From NCBI RefSeq assembly GCF_964204645.1, contig NW_027437470.1:9001-73000 (forward strand): a DNA stretch of 64,000 nucleotides, in the 5' to 3' direction. Below the pieces are notes generated by a model, which saw only the letters and a program-made list of their open reading frames with translations, was not told the DNA's origin and did no database searches. Each line of letters starts with the position of its first letter. Positions within the stretch are counted from its first letter, which is position 1. The translations under genes and the position numbers were made by a program. Source of the stretch: Tubulanus polymorphus (Eukaryota; Animalia; Nemertea). Shown here piece after piece: positions 46,901 to 61,664 of the stretch.

Positions 46901-49900
46901 GCTTCCTGTGATTATATAATGACCTATATTTGAACGTCGAAATGTTATATTGCATTGAATATCATTAGAAGACGTATTGTAATAGTAAAGGATGTATGAT
47001 TATATCAGAAGCGGCAGGCATAAATAGAAATGATAAGTAAATCGGATTATTCGGTTAAATGGCAGATGTATACACGATGCGGAAGTCTGATATAAAAGTC
47101 AGACCCTGACGTGGGCATGCCGGTGGAATGACAAAGCTATCTACGATGTGTGCAGGGCCGGCGTGAATTTCATCAGCGGCTACAAGCGGTTGATATGAAA
47201 ATGTGTAAACATATAATTTCAATATTCAAAAGTTTTAGAAAATATGTTTGATATTAGGAATATGCAGGTTTCGTGAGATTAGCAATTTATAATAGCATGG
47301 CTGTCATATACGGCTCCGCGTCCTCTGATGGCATGTGTATTAAGTGACAATTCAATTCTTTATTGATCCTTATTACATTGAAAATCCGGGATAAAATTCC
47401 CTAATTCAATAAATACAAATTTTAAAATAAATTAATACAACATACATGACACACGGGTAATTCATACAGAACAACATAAGCATGTTATTTTAAATGACAA
47501 TGTCTACTTCAACCCACCCAGACTCAAGACTCTAGCATATCGAGTGACAGCCAAACCCGTGGCCCGGGCCGGCTGGCTAGGCCACACGATATGCTCGAAG
47601 TCATGATGAAGCAGACATCAGAAGAGCTCTTTCTTCAACCATGGAGGCAATGAAGTTGCAGACCAGCTTAGAGGCATAAGTAAATGAAGTCGGTCGCAAG
47701 TTCGCGATCAATTATTGAGAATTTTCAATAAAAAAATTTAAACCACTACTAGAGTCGAAGACCTGTATCATCTACCCAATCGCCAAATCTCATCATTCCC
47801 CAAATTTCTTGAAACTTCGATTTCAAATTTGCAATTCCACATTAGCTTAGCCCAGAAATTCTACATTTTTTTTGCAGGCGTCAAATAATTTTCTAAAATT
47901 AATTTTCTTGTTTTGGTTTTGTTGCCCGCGACAAATCACCATTTTGGTTTTGTCGCCCGCGACAATTCATTATTCTGGTTTTATCGCCTGCGACAATTCA
48001 TTATTTTGGTTTTGTCGCCCCGACAATTCTTTTTTTGGTTTTGTCGCCCGCGACAATTCATTAGTTTGGTTTTGTCGCCCGCGACAATTCATTATTTTGG
48101 TTTTATCGCCCGCGACAATTCACCATTTTGGTTTTGTCGCCTGGACAATTCACCATTTTGGTTTTGTCGCCCGCGACAATTCATTATTTTGGTTTTGTCA
48201 CCCCGACAATTCTTTTTTTGGTTTTGTCGCCCGCGACAATTCATTATTTTGGTTTTATCGCTCGCGACAATTCAATATTTTGGTTTTATCGCTCGCGACA
48301 ATTCAATATTTTGGTTTTATCGCCCGCGACAATTCATTATTTTGGTTTTGTCGCCCGAGACAATTCATTATTTTGGTTTTATCGCCAGCGACAATTCATT
48401 ATTTTGGTTTTGTCGCACGTGACAATTCAATATTTTGTTTTTGTCGCCCGAGACAATTCATTATTTTGGTTTTATCGCCCGCGACAATTCAATATTTTTG
48501 TTTTATCGCCCGTGACAATTCATTAGTTTAGTTTTATCGCCCGCGACAATTCATTAGTTTGGTTTAGTCGCCCGCGACAATTCAATATTTTGGTTTTATC
48601 ACCCGCGACAATTCATTAGTTTGGTTTTGTCGCCCGCGACAATTCTTTTTCAGTCCACTTGGGACTTTAGTCCCAGCGGGCTATTACGTTCACTTTTCGT
48701 CTGTCCGTCCATAGACGGAATCCAGTTATTTTGGGAAGTTTTGAAGACGCTTCAAGGTAATGTCTTGATATTTGGTTTATACATGTATCTACCCTAGACA
48801 CATCGTCAGCCCAAAAATTGGCCCTGTCAGATTCAAGATGGCTGAATGGCAGCCATTGTCGTTTGCCAAAATCAGCACTTTTTAAACATTTTCGAAGTTT
48901 TCGTGGGAAATTTTGAAGACGCTTTGATCAATTACCTTGATCTTTCGTTTATATTTGAATCTACCGAAGGCCCATCAGCATAAGAAAATTGGGTCGATCT
49001 GACTCAAGATGGCCGTCCTATGACCTTTTTAGTGCCCAAAAATGTCAATTTTGGCCAGAATTCTAGGTCCTGTAGCTTCCTACTGGTTTGCCATTTCTCA
49101 TTGCAATTGCTGATGGGTATTCTTTAGAGAGGGATGTTTTATACCTGGGAAAGGTATTTTTGATCAGCCAATTATGTCGCAATTGGCGGCCATCTTGGTG
49201 TCATCAGTACTCATTCGTAGGTGGGAAAAATTTTTTCCACATTAAATTGATACCTAAGCATATTGTGTTGCTATATTCAATTGGAAAGTTGTAGCCCATA
49301 ACGTGTTCTATGATTTTGGTGAGTTTCAAGGTCATTGGTTTTTGTATGTGGCCATCAGGGGGCGTTGAATAATACAATAACTTAGTATTGCTATATTATA
49401 TTTGTACCAAGGCATATTTTGTTACCATGATCAATTGCAAAGTTGTAGTTCATGACATCGTCTATGATTGTGGTGAGTTTTTAAGGACATTAGTTATTCC
49501 ATATAGTCACCAGGGGGCGTTGAATAGTAGAAAAGCTTAGTTATTCCTTATTAGATTGGTACCTAGGCATAGTTTGTTACCATGATCCATTGCAAAGTTG
49601 TAGTTCATGACATCGTCTATGATTGTGGTGAGTTTTTAAGGACATTAGTTATTCCATATAGTCACCAGGGGGCGTTGAATAGTAGAATGGCTTAGTATTT
49701 CCTTATTAGATTGGAACCTAGGCATATTTTGTTACTCCTGTTATGTTTTTGATCAATTGCAAATTGTATTTCATGACATGTACTACGATTGTGGTGAGTT
49801 TTAAGGTCATTGGGTTTATGATAAGCTCGATAAACGTAAATCAATCAATCAATCAAAAATTTAAAAAAAACAATTTTTAGTTTAATTTTAACATATTCAT

Positions 49901-52900
49901 GTACACCTGAAGGTGAACTGAAATCAGTTCAAATGCAAACTAAGCTGTAACTAATTAGGGTTTTCTGACTTTCGTCGAAAACCCTCTTGAAATTCTGTTG
50001 ATTATTATTATTATTATATATTTTCCGCCGATTTCGTCAAATAAAATTCATCTTCATTCAGATTCGGCAACTGACAGCTTCGAAACGAAATGTATAAATT
50101 GATACTGTAATAACGTTCTCTCTGAACCAACAGATTGTCTGGATGTACTTTCCATCCTATTTGAAACTTAAAATTACTTATTAGGTTACTGTAAATAAAG
50201 AATTGAATTGAATTGTTAGACAACAAGCAACGGCGAAATAACAGTTTGTGACGTCATTTAGTAAGTAAATAAAGGAGGGCTCCGAGAATTTCCAAATCAC
50301 GGGGGACTATACTGGGGTTAGACCATTCACCCAAAAAGAGGATTGCTCCGATAATATCCAAATCATCTCATTTTATTTTTTCCATCGAATACCCGGTAAT
50401 TAATTTTTCCTTTCGATCACATGCATCCAGAAAACCCGTTATCGCTGCTTTGCAGCTTTATTTTTCATTGTTTTCCTGATAAAATTAAAATAGTTTTATT
50501 TTCTTTGATCTTTTTGACTTAAATATTCATTCCTAAAGGTGAGCTGAAATCACTCAATGCAAACTAAGTTATAACTAATTTTCATTGTTTTCCCGATCAA
50601 AGGATGATAGAAGCAGCAAATTGTCTTACTTTGATCTTTCAACAGTGTTAAGCTGAAATTAGCATGAACACATTAGACATAATGATAATTAATGAGTACT
50701 TATTATTCATTATTCCCAGTAGATCAAAAGGGCCATGCAAATATCAACAAACTGATTATTTACGTTTGAAGATTTTATAACTTTTGATATATTCTTTGAG
50801 AATAAAATTCTTGAACAGGAATATTTTACTATACATTATGATTATATATTCCTAAAACCTGAATGTGGTATTTTGTCCGGAATAATGTGGGATATTGGTT
50901 TATGGTATTTTGGGTATGGGAATATGGGATGTGGGATTTTGGTCTGTGGGATTATGTCCGAACAGGATTGGCACGCTGCCACAGCATCGCGGCTTATATA
51001 AACACTGTACGATGAATATACGCGGGTTTTCTTTCTCTTTTGATTTTTAACATTAGTTAATTTTGAAACATTTCCAAACTATAAGAAACTATTTTTATCA
51101 ACATCCTAAATTCTAATTGGTATATGAGTGTAGCCTTACATAAATTAATATTCCATTTCATCATGGCGACCTTGAACTCTAAACATCGTCAGTTTAAAAC
51201 GATATCGAAAGTGTAGCCGGTGTATAAGTTGACCTACGTTTTTTGGACATGATTTTTGGTCTCAAAAACTCGACTTATACACTGGAAAATACAGTACTCT
51301 GATTTTGGACATGGACCATAGACTAAAGTGTATTTTTGGCCTTATCTGACTATGAAATAATTCTTTGAAAAAGGTAGAACAAAAATAGAACTTTTAAGTT
51401 TGAAACGATTACTCGATGCTCTTTGCAAACAAGCTCTAGTTTTCTAGGTAAATGACGTTGCAAGCCCATTTTAAGAAATATAGTTCTCATTTCAGAGGGT
51501 TCTAATGTCAAAAAACCAGTAGAATCTAGTAGCAGTGATGAAAGTAGTTCTGAAGGTTAGACACTATCCTTAAGCTTTCAAATTTGAATTTTTAGTGATT
51601 CTTTTAATCAGATCAGTCTAATTTCGGTTTTCTTATATTGCTACACTGCTCTCTTCTTACACTCAAAAAGTGCTTCACATTACATTGATTTAACATTGTT
51701 TAGCTTTATGAAAAGTGGAACAACTTCAATAAATGAAATTGAACACAATACAAACTTGCCGTTTACAGAGGAAAGTGACTCAAAAGAAGAGAAGAAAGTT
51801 CCTAATGGTAATTCAGCAGTGGATGATGAATCGGATTCAGATTCTGATGATTCGGAATCAGAAGGTAAGCAACATCAAAGATACATTTTTTAGGCCAGCC
51901 GTAGGATGGATGACCTTGATATGTTGATTAGCCATGTGCTCAAACTGCATATTCGATCAAATTCTTTTCTGCAAAAAATCTCAAATCCATTTCAATTTTA
52001 CTTATTGAACAAATAAAACATCAAATCCAATTCAATTTTGTTTTATTGAACAAATTACAGCATATTCAATTCTATTCTGCATTCAAATCAATAAGACCAA
52101 GGGAAAAGATTTATTTGAGGTATTTGCTCTTGCTGGCTCCCTGTCAGTGCTATTTATGAAACCACGATTGTATTGTGTAAATTATAGGTATTGACTGAGC
52201 TGGGAGTGTATTTGACAAATATAACCCACAGAATGCATCATTTCCATTTTATGAAAAGCTGCAGGCTGGCCATAGTGCCCCTCCGGGCTCTTATTATGGA
52301 TTCGTTGGAGTCCATTTTGCCACCACCTTTCTGCTTACCTGCTTGTTACCAGCTTTCCCCTTGTAATTAAGTTCAAAAACATAAATGCAGTTACAAAATC
52401 TTGGTCCCTTTCATTTTTATGGACTTTCGCTTTGGCAAAGTCCATTTTGTTATCGCATATGAAGTTTTTTCCTTTGGAACAAAACTTTTAAAACATGCAA
52501 TGCAGTAATACAAGCTCTAACCCTATCGAATTCATCAGAATCCATTGCTTATTTATCAATTTAGTTATTTATTGTGGACTTTTGCTTTAGCGAAGTCCAT
52601 TTTGTTATCGCATATGCAACTTTCTTGCTTTGGAACAAAATAACTTCAAAACGAGGCTTAGTTTCTCCCGAACTTTCAAAACATTCAATGCATTTATAAA
52701 ATCTCTTACCCTTTTGAATTTCATCGGAATCAGTTGCTTATTTATTGATTTAGTTATTGTTGTTGGAACTACATTTCGTTTCGGAATATACACACGTATA
52801 TTCATGCTTCAAACACTTGCGCGCCACACAGACTTGCTGCTTTGTGTTTAGTATTGACCTGTGCATGTATGTGAAAAGCGCAATGACCTCGATTGGGGGC

Positions 52901-55900
52901 AGGATCTTAGCCAGCACCCGTCCTACCCGTCATTTACGACTGGGAGAAAATGAAAAACTGAAATTGACGGGACGGGGAAATTTTGGTTAAGACGGGTCGG
53001 AATATGAAGATTTTCTCAAAAATGACAGGCTGTATAAACATAGCAGGCATTTTGTGTATTATGTGTATCCATCTGACCCTTTACAATAAATAAGTGATAA
53101 CCCCTTGTGGAGTACGTATGTTAAAAATGAAAAACCTCTGATGAAACCCAGGCTCTCACCAAGTTTGTACAGTATCTTATCGGGTCACTCATAGTTTTAG
53201 TTGTTTTGATTTATGTCATTCAAGGGATGTATTAGAATTATGAACATTAGTTCAGACAAAAGGCCCATAATCAATTTTTCGAAGATTTCATTCTCGTTAA
53301 AAGTAATTTATCATTCAAAGTTCACACTGACCAAAATTCAGTCCTTTTTTATATATTATATCTTGTTTCATTTTCAATGAAATGAATTTTTGCATACCAG
53401 TAGCCTACGTGACAGATTTTTAACTTCACACCAGTTTGGCGAGCCACTGTTCCATTGGACCATTGTTCTTGCCACTAAAGGGAGTTAAATATTAAATAAA
53501 ATACAATTTATTTTTGCAAAGTTCTGTAGCTCATGACATGTTTTATGATTGTGAAGTTAAAATTGAAATACTGATTACTTCATAGATTTTTTATGCATTT
53601 TAAGATGAAAGTGATTCGGATAAAGAAAGTAAAAAGCGCAAAATAAAAACAAAAGATGTAAAGCCAACAAAAAAACAAAAAGTAGAGGAGCCAGGTATGT
53701 TGGAGTTTCTGATCTAGATCTCATATTCATTTTTTCTCAGTAATTCGGTCTAGATATAAAGTATATTCATCTTTGTCACGTATAGAGGAAAGTGACTCGG
53801 AAGAGGAAGAGGAAGACAAAAAAGAAAAAGTTGCTAATGGCAATTCGACTGCAAAAGGGGAACCTGATTCAGAATCAGATGGCTCAGAATCTGATGGTAA
53901 GTTATAAAGGGATTGACTATTGATGTTGGTATTCAGTTGGATATCAGTGTCATTCTTTCAATGTGGCAGTTTGTTTCTTGGCTCTCTTAATGGCATGTCT
54001 ATGCCAACTGTCTGGCTGATCGATAACAATTTGAATTCCTATGCTTAATAACACACACTGCACAGCTAATGAGTCAATTGAGCGAATTAAAGGTCATTTG
54101 GGCTCTAAATAGAATATAATTTAAAACCTATTTTCTAAATCTGATATGTGTACAAATGATAAGCGTGTTACTAATATGGATTTTAGTAAAGCCATTACTG
54201 AGAAATAAGACTTTAAAGTCGGCTATTTTCACCAGTTTGCCGTATACCGCAGGTGCGCATTTGCTGTGAAAAACCCACGATCACTGACGTCACACATTTC
54301 CATTCACGTTGTACCACTGAAGAATAACAAACTTTTGGTGGGCTGTTTAAAGTTATGGCAAACTTATATATTTGAATTAAACCAATGAATTTAGCTTCAT
54401 TAAATAGATTTTAAAACAATCCGTGGTGAAATATGCAGTGTATGTCTGAAATAATCCAACAGTTTCCAGTCTCTTATCCCACACCGCATGACCACCATTC
54501 GTAGTGTATTTAAGCCTTTTAGAAGTTGTTTAGATTCATAAATTCTTTCTGATGTATGTTGATACTGTTATACATAACACAACAAACATACAATGGATAG
54601 CCAGCAGTAGAACTGTGAATATAGTGAAGGAATGATGTTGTTTTATAGATTTTATATATAGGCTATGAGTCCTGAGTTCACACAAGTGTATGTTTGGCAA
54701 AAATGATGCATGAATATGGCACTGACGCAGCTGAGGTGCATAGGCTCTATAGGTCAATGATCCAGTTATCTAATTTTACTGATTTAAGACATATAAATGA
54801 TTTTTTTTATAAGGCTTATCCCAGGCCGTCATTTATATAAATAAGCATCATTTGGAAAGTAAATCTCAAAAAGTAGGAATTAGAGGGAACTTGAACTCTA
54901 ACCAAACATATAGGCCTAGTTTGTGTTTTGTTTTTCTTTATGGTTCCCTAAGTCGAATGTCATGGGTTTCATATTTTTGGAAAAAAGGGTCAAAATCCAA
55001 TGATTTTTTCGTGAGGTGTTAGTCTTGTAGGAATCTGACCCGAAAATACTCAAAATCTCAGTTATATGTAATTTGTGTAGTCAACCCATTGCCAAAACCA
55101 AAGTTATTCATATCTATGTAATTTGAATTCACTATTTTCATTATAGCTGTTTTGCCGGTTAAAGGGTTATACATACACCTATGTAAATTTAGAAAAGTCC
55201 ATAATGTCGTTTCTTGTTTATGAATTGAGCTCATGACATGTTTTATGATTATGGTAAGTTTCAATGTATTTTGTTTCAGTATACAGTATATTCACTTCAG
55301 TGCGTTTAATATTGAAATGTCAGATTGTTGAGCATTTCAAACCATTTCCCAAGTGGGCATGGTATCCGTGAACAACTAGTTATTTTTGGTTTGTATTCTC
55401 TTTTTGCATCAGATAATTTTTGTATGGATGTATATTTGGTTTTTGTAGATGAAAGTGAGTCGGAAAATGAAAATAAAAAACGCAAGCTGAAAACAAAAGA
55501 TGTCTCACCTGCTAAAAAACAGAAAGTTGAAGAGCCAGGTAGGGTTAAATTTCCTAGTTGCCTCGGGGCATTCGAAATTCTGTACGTAACATGTGTGTTT
55601 TGTTGCAGTTGTGCTCTGCATCAAAAGTCTTTGGACAAAAAGTACATCAAAAAGCTTGGAACAATTTTTCAATCTAAACAAAATTAAAGTGAAAGCAGCT
55701 AGAAAGAGTACTAGAGAGAGGTATGTCCGGGTTGCCATTTACATATTGTTCGTTTTCCAGTTAAGATCATGATTCAATCTATGAGGAAAAGTACCACTGC
55801 AAAAAGTATTAAAAAGTTTTTCAAAAAAAATGGTATAATCGTTGGGAATGTAGAGAAATCGGATATAAACAGGTATGTGACCTCTTGCCCTTCTTCTGAC

Positions 55901-58900
55901 CTCTCAGCAAAGAAGTTATATTCATGGACTTCCGCTTTAGCAAAGTTCATTTTGCTATTGCATATGAAACTTCCTTCCTTTAGTACAAAGGAACTTGACT
56001 TGAACGAGGCTTAGTTTCTCTTCAGAACTTTCAAAGAATTCAATTCAGTTATAAAATCTCAAACCTGAATTTCATTGGAATGCGTTGCTTATTCATTAAT
56101 TTACTTATTGATTTGTTGTTGGAACTACGTTTCGATATAGAGATTCTCCCGAGTGAAATTTTGAATCATTTAGTGATTTTTGAGAGTCTCTAAGAGGCAT
56201 TTAGTCAATAAACGAAGTGATAACGATTGACTTTAAACGTACAAAATACAACAACCAACAGTCTCCACTAATCCAAATCCTCGACTGCCAGAGTCCGGTT
56301 TTATCTTGCCAGCAATAAAAATGACAATTTTTGACACAGAAAAAAAATAAAAAGGGCACTTTACAATTCAAGGTCTTAAGTGCACCAGGCCTGTGTTAAT
56401 CAAAGCGGTGATAAATCACTGGGTGATAACCGGGTGATAGCAACACCAGGATAAATCACCTGAATAGCCTTGTCATCAGAAAATGTATCCTATGTGACTT
56501 GTACATGGCGCTTTGTACAGAGACATAGGAACCAAATATTTTTAGGCCAGCCTTAGGCTGAGCCTATTACTATACAAATGAAGCGAATTTAAATGACGGG
56601 CCTGGGGCGGCGCTTGAAAATCGCCCATTGTCTCTGAGATTCCTGGATTCGAACCTTTGCGATGATGCTGACCGGTGTGTTTGTCATTATAAACTTGCTC
56701 CTGTTGCTAAGGTGATTTCAGCTATTTTCTACTCCTTAATCAATGCTCTTGAAAAAAAAAGTTTACTTATACGCTAGTTATGGACACAAAACCGATCTTC
56801 TTAGTACAAAATATAGACAAACACAATTGCTGTGAATACAAAGACCTAAAATGCCATCCTGGAGGAGGGGAGGATAGTTGCAGACAAACATTTTGACACT
56901 ACACCAATTATAGTATGATAAAACAAATTGAAATATGAAATTACCACTGTAGCCTATAACAACACATCTATCTGCATCTATATCCTGTGATGTGAACCCG
57001 AGTATATTTTTCAATTATTTATACTTGCATTGGTATCTATTATATCAATAAATCCTATAAGTTAATTCTTGAAGTGAAAAATTAGATCGGAATGGCAGCC
57101 ATTTTCGTTTTGTTATCACCGGAATAAATGCTCTTATGCTGGTGATAGTTATCACTGGGATAAAATGCTTTTGAAATACGAAAATATATTCCTGCGATAA
57201 CAATTAACTGAATAATGAAAGTTAACACCGGCATAGCCTTATCACAGGGATAACTTAATACCGCTTTGAAAAATACAGGCTAGAACACATTAAGAACGCT
57301 TAACACATTAAATTTCAACAGAATTTCTATACCAATGACACGCGTTGTAACAAGCGGTTTCCAGCTGATAGCTGGAAGCGGCCGCTACAGTTCGACTGTT
57401 TTCACAAGCGTTTTTGGTGGTATTGCTGGAAACTGCTGCAGCAAGCATTTTCATCAGTGGTTTCCAGCTAGCAATTTCCAGCTGAGAAATTTTCCAGTAG
57501 CTTTTTCCAGCTGCCACATTTTCCAGCTCAGGGCCAGTTAATCTTCTCCGACCACTCAACTGGTAAAGCAGTGTTATACATCTTGGACTATGAATATGGT
57601 TGTAGGTATGGGTTTGTTGAACTAGTCAATGCGAAACAGTTGTCTGCTGCTTTAGAAATCAAAGATAAAGTGATCGATGCTCATGAAGTTGAAATATGTG
57701 TTGCTGAGAAAGAGGTAGACAAAGGTAAAAATCATAAAAATCGCATTATCCAGTTTGGAGAATGAAACAATCATATGAAAATAATGTTGATCGTTATCTT
57801 TATAGTGGTGAAGAGGAGTGTTCCAAAAATAATCATTCAAGAAATTCCGACAAAATATAAACCAGAAAAAATGGAGAAAAAGTTGCGCAAACATTTCCCA
57901 GGTGTCATTTCTATTAAACTCGAGAATGGGTGAGTCATCTTATAAAAGCACATCCCACTCAATTTATATGGTTGGCGACCATAGGCATGGTATCTAGTAA
58001 AGATTCTGTCATTCACTGATCAATACCTGTGGTATCTCTACTGCCATGGATGTACTCCCATGTCAGTGTATCATATAGAACTAATAATCTGATAGAAAAA
58101 TGCCAGTAACGTGTCAATTGCCTGTATCCATGATCCTAGCTCTGGCCACCATAGCGTGGTGTATTTAGCTTCTCAAATTTCTGATAAAATTTTGTAAAGT
58201 TTTGAGGCGACATATGGGCCTACCTGTCAGCGAGTGGTTTTCTTTGGTTTTACTCTGCAATGAATGTATGCTATCGCAGTCATTGAGGCAATTCAATTGT
58301 TTTGGCCGCTGATTTCATTGATATTAAATAAAGCATCAGTCACTTTTGTCCGCTAATCGATTTTCTGAAAAAGGCCGTCTATTTGTGTCCCTTTGGCCTG
58401 AGACTGATCTCTAATTGTTCAATTGTCATCAGCCGTTGAATAGCGATTATGGCCCGATTCACATGCATTTACAGTATTTCTTTATCCTCCCAATTACTAC
58501 ATAAACATAATTATCATTGCGAGCGATTGTAAAGCGTTTATCAGCCGTTATAACAAACATATGGCAAGTGTGACTTAGTCATTATGAAAATTGTGTCCCA
58601 TAAACAAACAGTATTTTGTGATAGTATTTTCGGTACACTGTAGATAATTGATCTTCAAGTGATTGTAAAAGGATTTAATCAGCTGGATAGCAATTTCGCA
58701 TCTCGCAATTTCGCAAAATATGCAAGGAATTCCCTGATGCAGCTGTTAGCCGTCAGCATGAAGGGCAGAGACAACTTGTTGACTGTTAGGCTTATATTAA
58801 TGGAACACAAAATGTTAAACTGTCTACGGTCAATGATCACGAAGGATCTGATGGACATGAAGCCGCCCGGCAGGCTAAATTAGCAGCACCCGAGCCAGAG

Positions 58901-61570
58901 AAAACCCCTATATTCAGAGCGTCCACGACATCTACCAGACCCACACTTCTTGATCCAATCATAGATAGTGAACTTGTTGAGGCGCTAGCATCAAACTCGG
59001 ATATAGATTGGGATAGTGACAATTTTGAGGGATTCAACATTGAATCAGATTTGGACAGTGATTTTTGAGATATAGATTTAAATGATGATGAAATCCGTCT
59101 TAGAACTGCAATTTTGAATAGAAATGAGTGTTATATTATTTCTGATTTACCTTTTGATCTAAAGTTTTCAATTGGTTATTACCTGGTAGGCATTTTTGGC
59201 GCATTTCACTATTTGGCCTTGGAGTTTAAAAAATGGCCTTGGAGAGGAGTTTTCAGCACTATTATCCTAGGCCATTTATGGCCTGTGATCAAAAAAATTA
59301 AATTCGAGCCCTGCGAGACCTTCCAACGTGGACTTGCGAGAGGATAGATTGTTGTGGTGGGCGTACTGTATTCACTTCGCCGTATGTCCATCCGTCTGTC
59401 CGTAGAGGTTTCCGTGCTCTAGACCCTTTGATGGATTTTTCTGAAATTCCACAGTTCTGGTATACTATATAAGGTTTGTAACTGATAAGATTAGGGTCCT
59501 AAAGGTCAAGGTCACAGGAAGCCATTTTGTAAATTTCATTTCCAGGCTCTAACTCATAAATGGTATGAGATAACTTAGTGAAATTCTATGGATGGGTTAC
59601 ACTAGAGACCGTGTGTAACCGATTAGAAAAATCGTTCAAATTAACACACTTTTCCAGATTTTCAATTATCAGGGCAGAATCCATAATGTGATATTTGGTT
59701 TTATCGGGATAGGGGAAAATTATGGAAGCATTTCAAAATCAAAATTGTGGGTAGTTTCGTAGTCATGATTGGCTACCCTACTTTCAGGCTTGAAATTCCT
59801 AATGTGTGTTTTATGTTCACAAAGGTCCCCATGACTATATGGACCGTATGGCCCTCTTGTTTAAAAACCAATGACAGATGATGTTTTCTTGATATTACAG
59901 TCAATGCGAGATGGAGTTTGGATCAATCGAGCAAGTTACTAATTACATAAATGAAAAGCAGGGTGTTGAAATTGGTGGAATCAATTTACAATTAGCTCAT
60001 CCAGCAACGCAGAAATCTAAAAAACAACCTAAACCAGAAGGTAATAAGAAGTTTGGGGTCAATTGCTCAAAAGTTGGTTAAAATTACCCAGTGGATTACG
60101 CGCATTGTAACAAAATAGTTTTGATTGTTATTATGTCATGTCAGTTTTTCTTGAACAACTGACTCTACGTCTTTGACTTTATAGCAGTACTTTGTTTGTT
60201 AGTGGTTGAACATATATTGAAGAATAGTTTTGTTTGCATATTTTAGATGTTATTGAACCTTCAAACTCATTGATGGTAAAAGGTTTGTCAGAGTCAACGG
60301 ATGATGTTAGTTTAACTGCAGCATTTGAAAACTGTCTTTCAGCTAATGTGGCTAGGAAACCAGATCGGACATCTAAGGGGTATGCCGACTGTTTCGTATG
60401 TTACTCTGGGCCACTCAAAAAAATCTTTCTAACTACACTAAATATGGGAAGTTGGTTATTTTGTTTTATTTATTTTACTTATTAGTTTTGGCTTTGTTGA
60501 ATTTTCGACAATTGAAGAGGCTAAACAGAGTTTAGCGGTAATGAATGGTCAAACTGTTGATGGTTATACGATAAAAGTTGATTTCAAAAGATCCAAAAAA
60601 ACCTTTAGTAAGTATCATAAAGACTATCTTCCCCTGGGAGGGATTTGAACCAGATGGCATCAGCCATGACACGAAACCCTGCCACTCAAGACCAGGTTCG
60701 CAGGTACATATGCATAGTGCTGCTAAGTGTCTCGATTTTGGCGGAATTGTTATGCTTTGGTATAGAAGAATACAACGTTCTTACTTTTGCTTACCGGTAA
60801 AAATAGGATTTTAGAGTACCAATGTCCTGACTTAACGATTTTTCTTGTAATGTTTGGCTCGCATTACCAAAAATACCAGAAATTTTATTTTTGTAAAATT
60901 TTTGGGCTAAAAAAAACCAATTATCACCTTTTTTACATGGTTACAATATCACAAATCTGAGTTGTGCAGTGGAAACTTGTCTAATAGTCTTAATTTCAAG
61001 AATAATTCAATTCTAAAATTATAATTTTGTGCAGTGTCATCTCTGTGTTCAAAATAAAACAGCACATTGGTATATATGCGCACTTTAACGATACCAGCTT
61101 AATATAGTCAGTAAAAATGAATGGCAGCTTATTGGAACACTGCCAATTTCTGACCTCCCTCTTGACGTCATAGCCAGGGGTGGCACAATTGAATTGGTTG
61201 ATATTCATATTTAGCGCGATTACTGCTACTCATGGCATATCAAACAACGATGTATTGTGTGAAATTTGTTAAATCATTCACCTAATTTTGAAATCCTGTG
61301 CATAAAGGCTGGCTTATCGACTCGACGCCTACCTACTCGATGCAACTAAGTTCATCGCCGATTACTGTTGCTGCTCTATCGGTTCGACATAAGCCGGCTT
61401 GCGGCGGCAACCCGACGCCTACCGACCCGTCGCAAGCCGCATCCGGCTAGTTGCCCTTGTTCTTCTCTGGCCTACGGTAGGTGGACAGTTGCTTTCGATC
61501 GCAACCGACATAAGCTCATCTGCGACGCGACTGAACTGAACGCAGGGGTTCCAGCCAATAAGAGACCGCA

Positions 61571-61664
<94 letters not shown>

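Larger units (their letters stand above)
45126..51294. mobile_element. Tc1/mariner (Tc2/pogo-like) non-autonomous element inflated by nested insertions
   Basis: TIRs CCGTATTTTCCGGTGTACAAGTCG / CGACTTATACACTGGAAAATACAG, flanked by TA. Joining the flanks restores a sequence similar to 44000-44270. Confidence 0.7.

Noticed and set aside
46425-48531. Repetitive hydrophobic ORFs and a CRISPR-like look of the 31-bp palindromic repeats
   Set aside because: The units are contiguous with no unique spacers, there are no cas genes and the context is eukaryotic. The ORFs are translations of the minisatellite.
61368-61661. ORF ending in (IY)n
   Set aside because: It is a translation of the TA microsatellite inside a Harbinger derivative.
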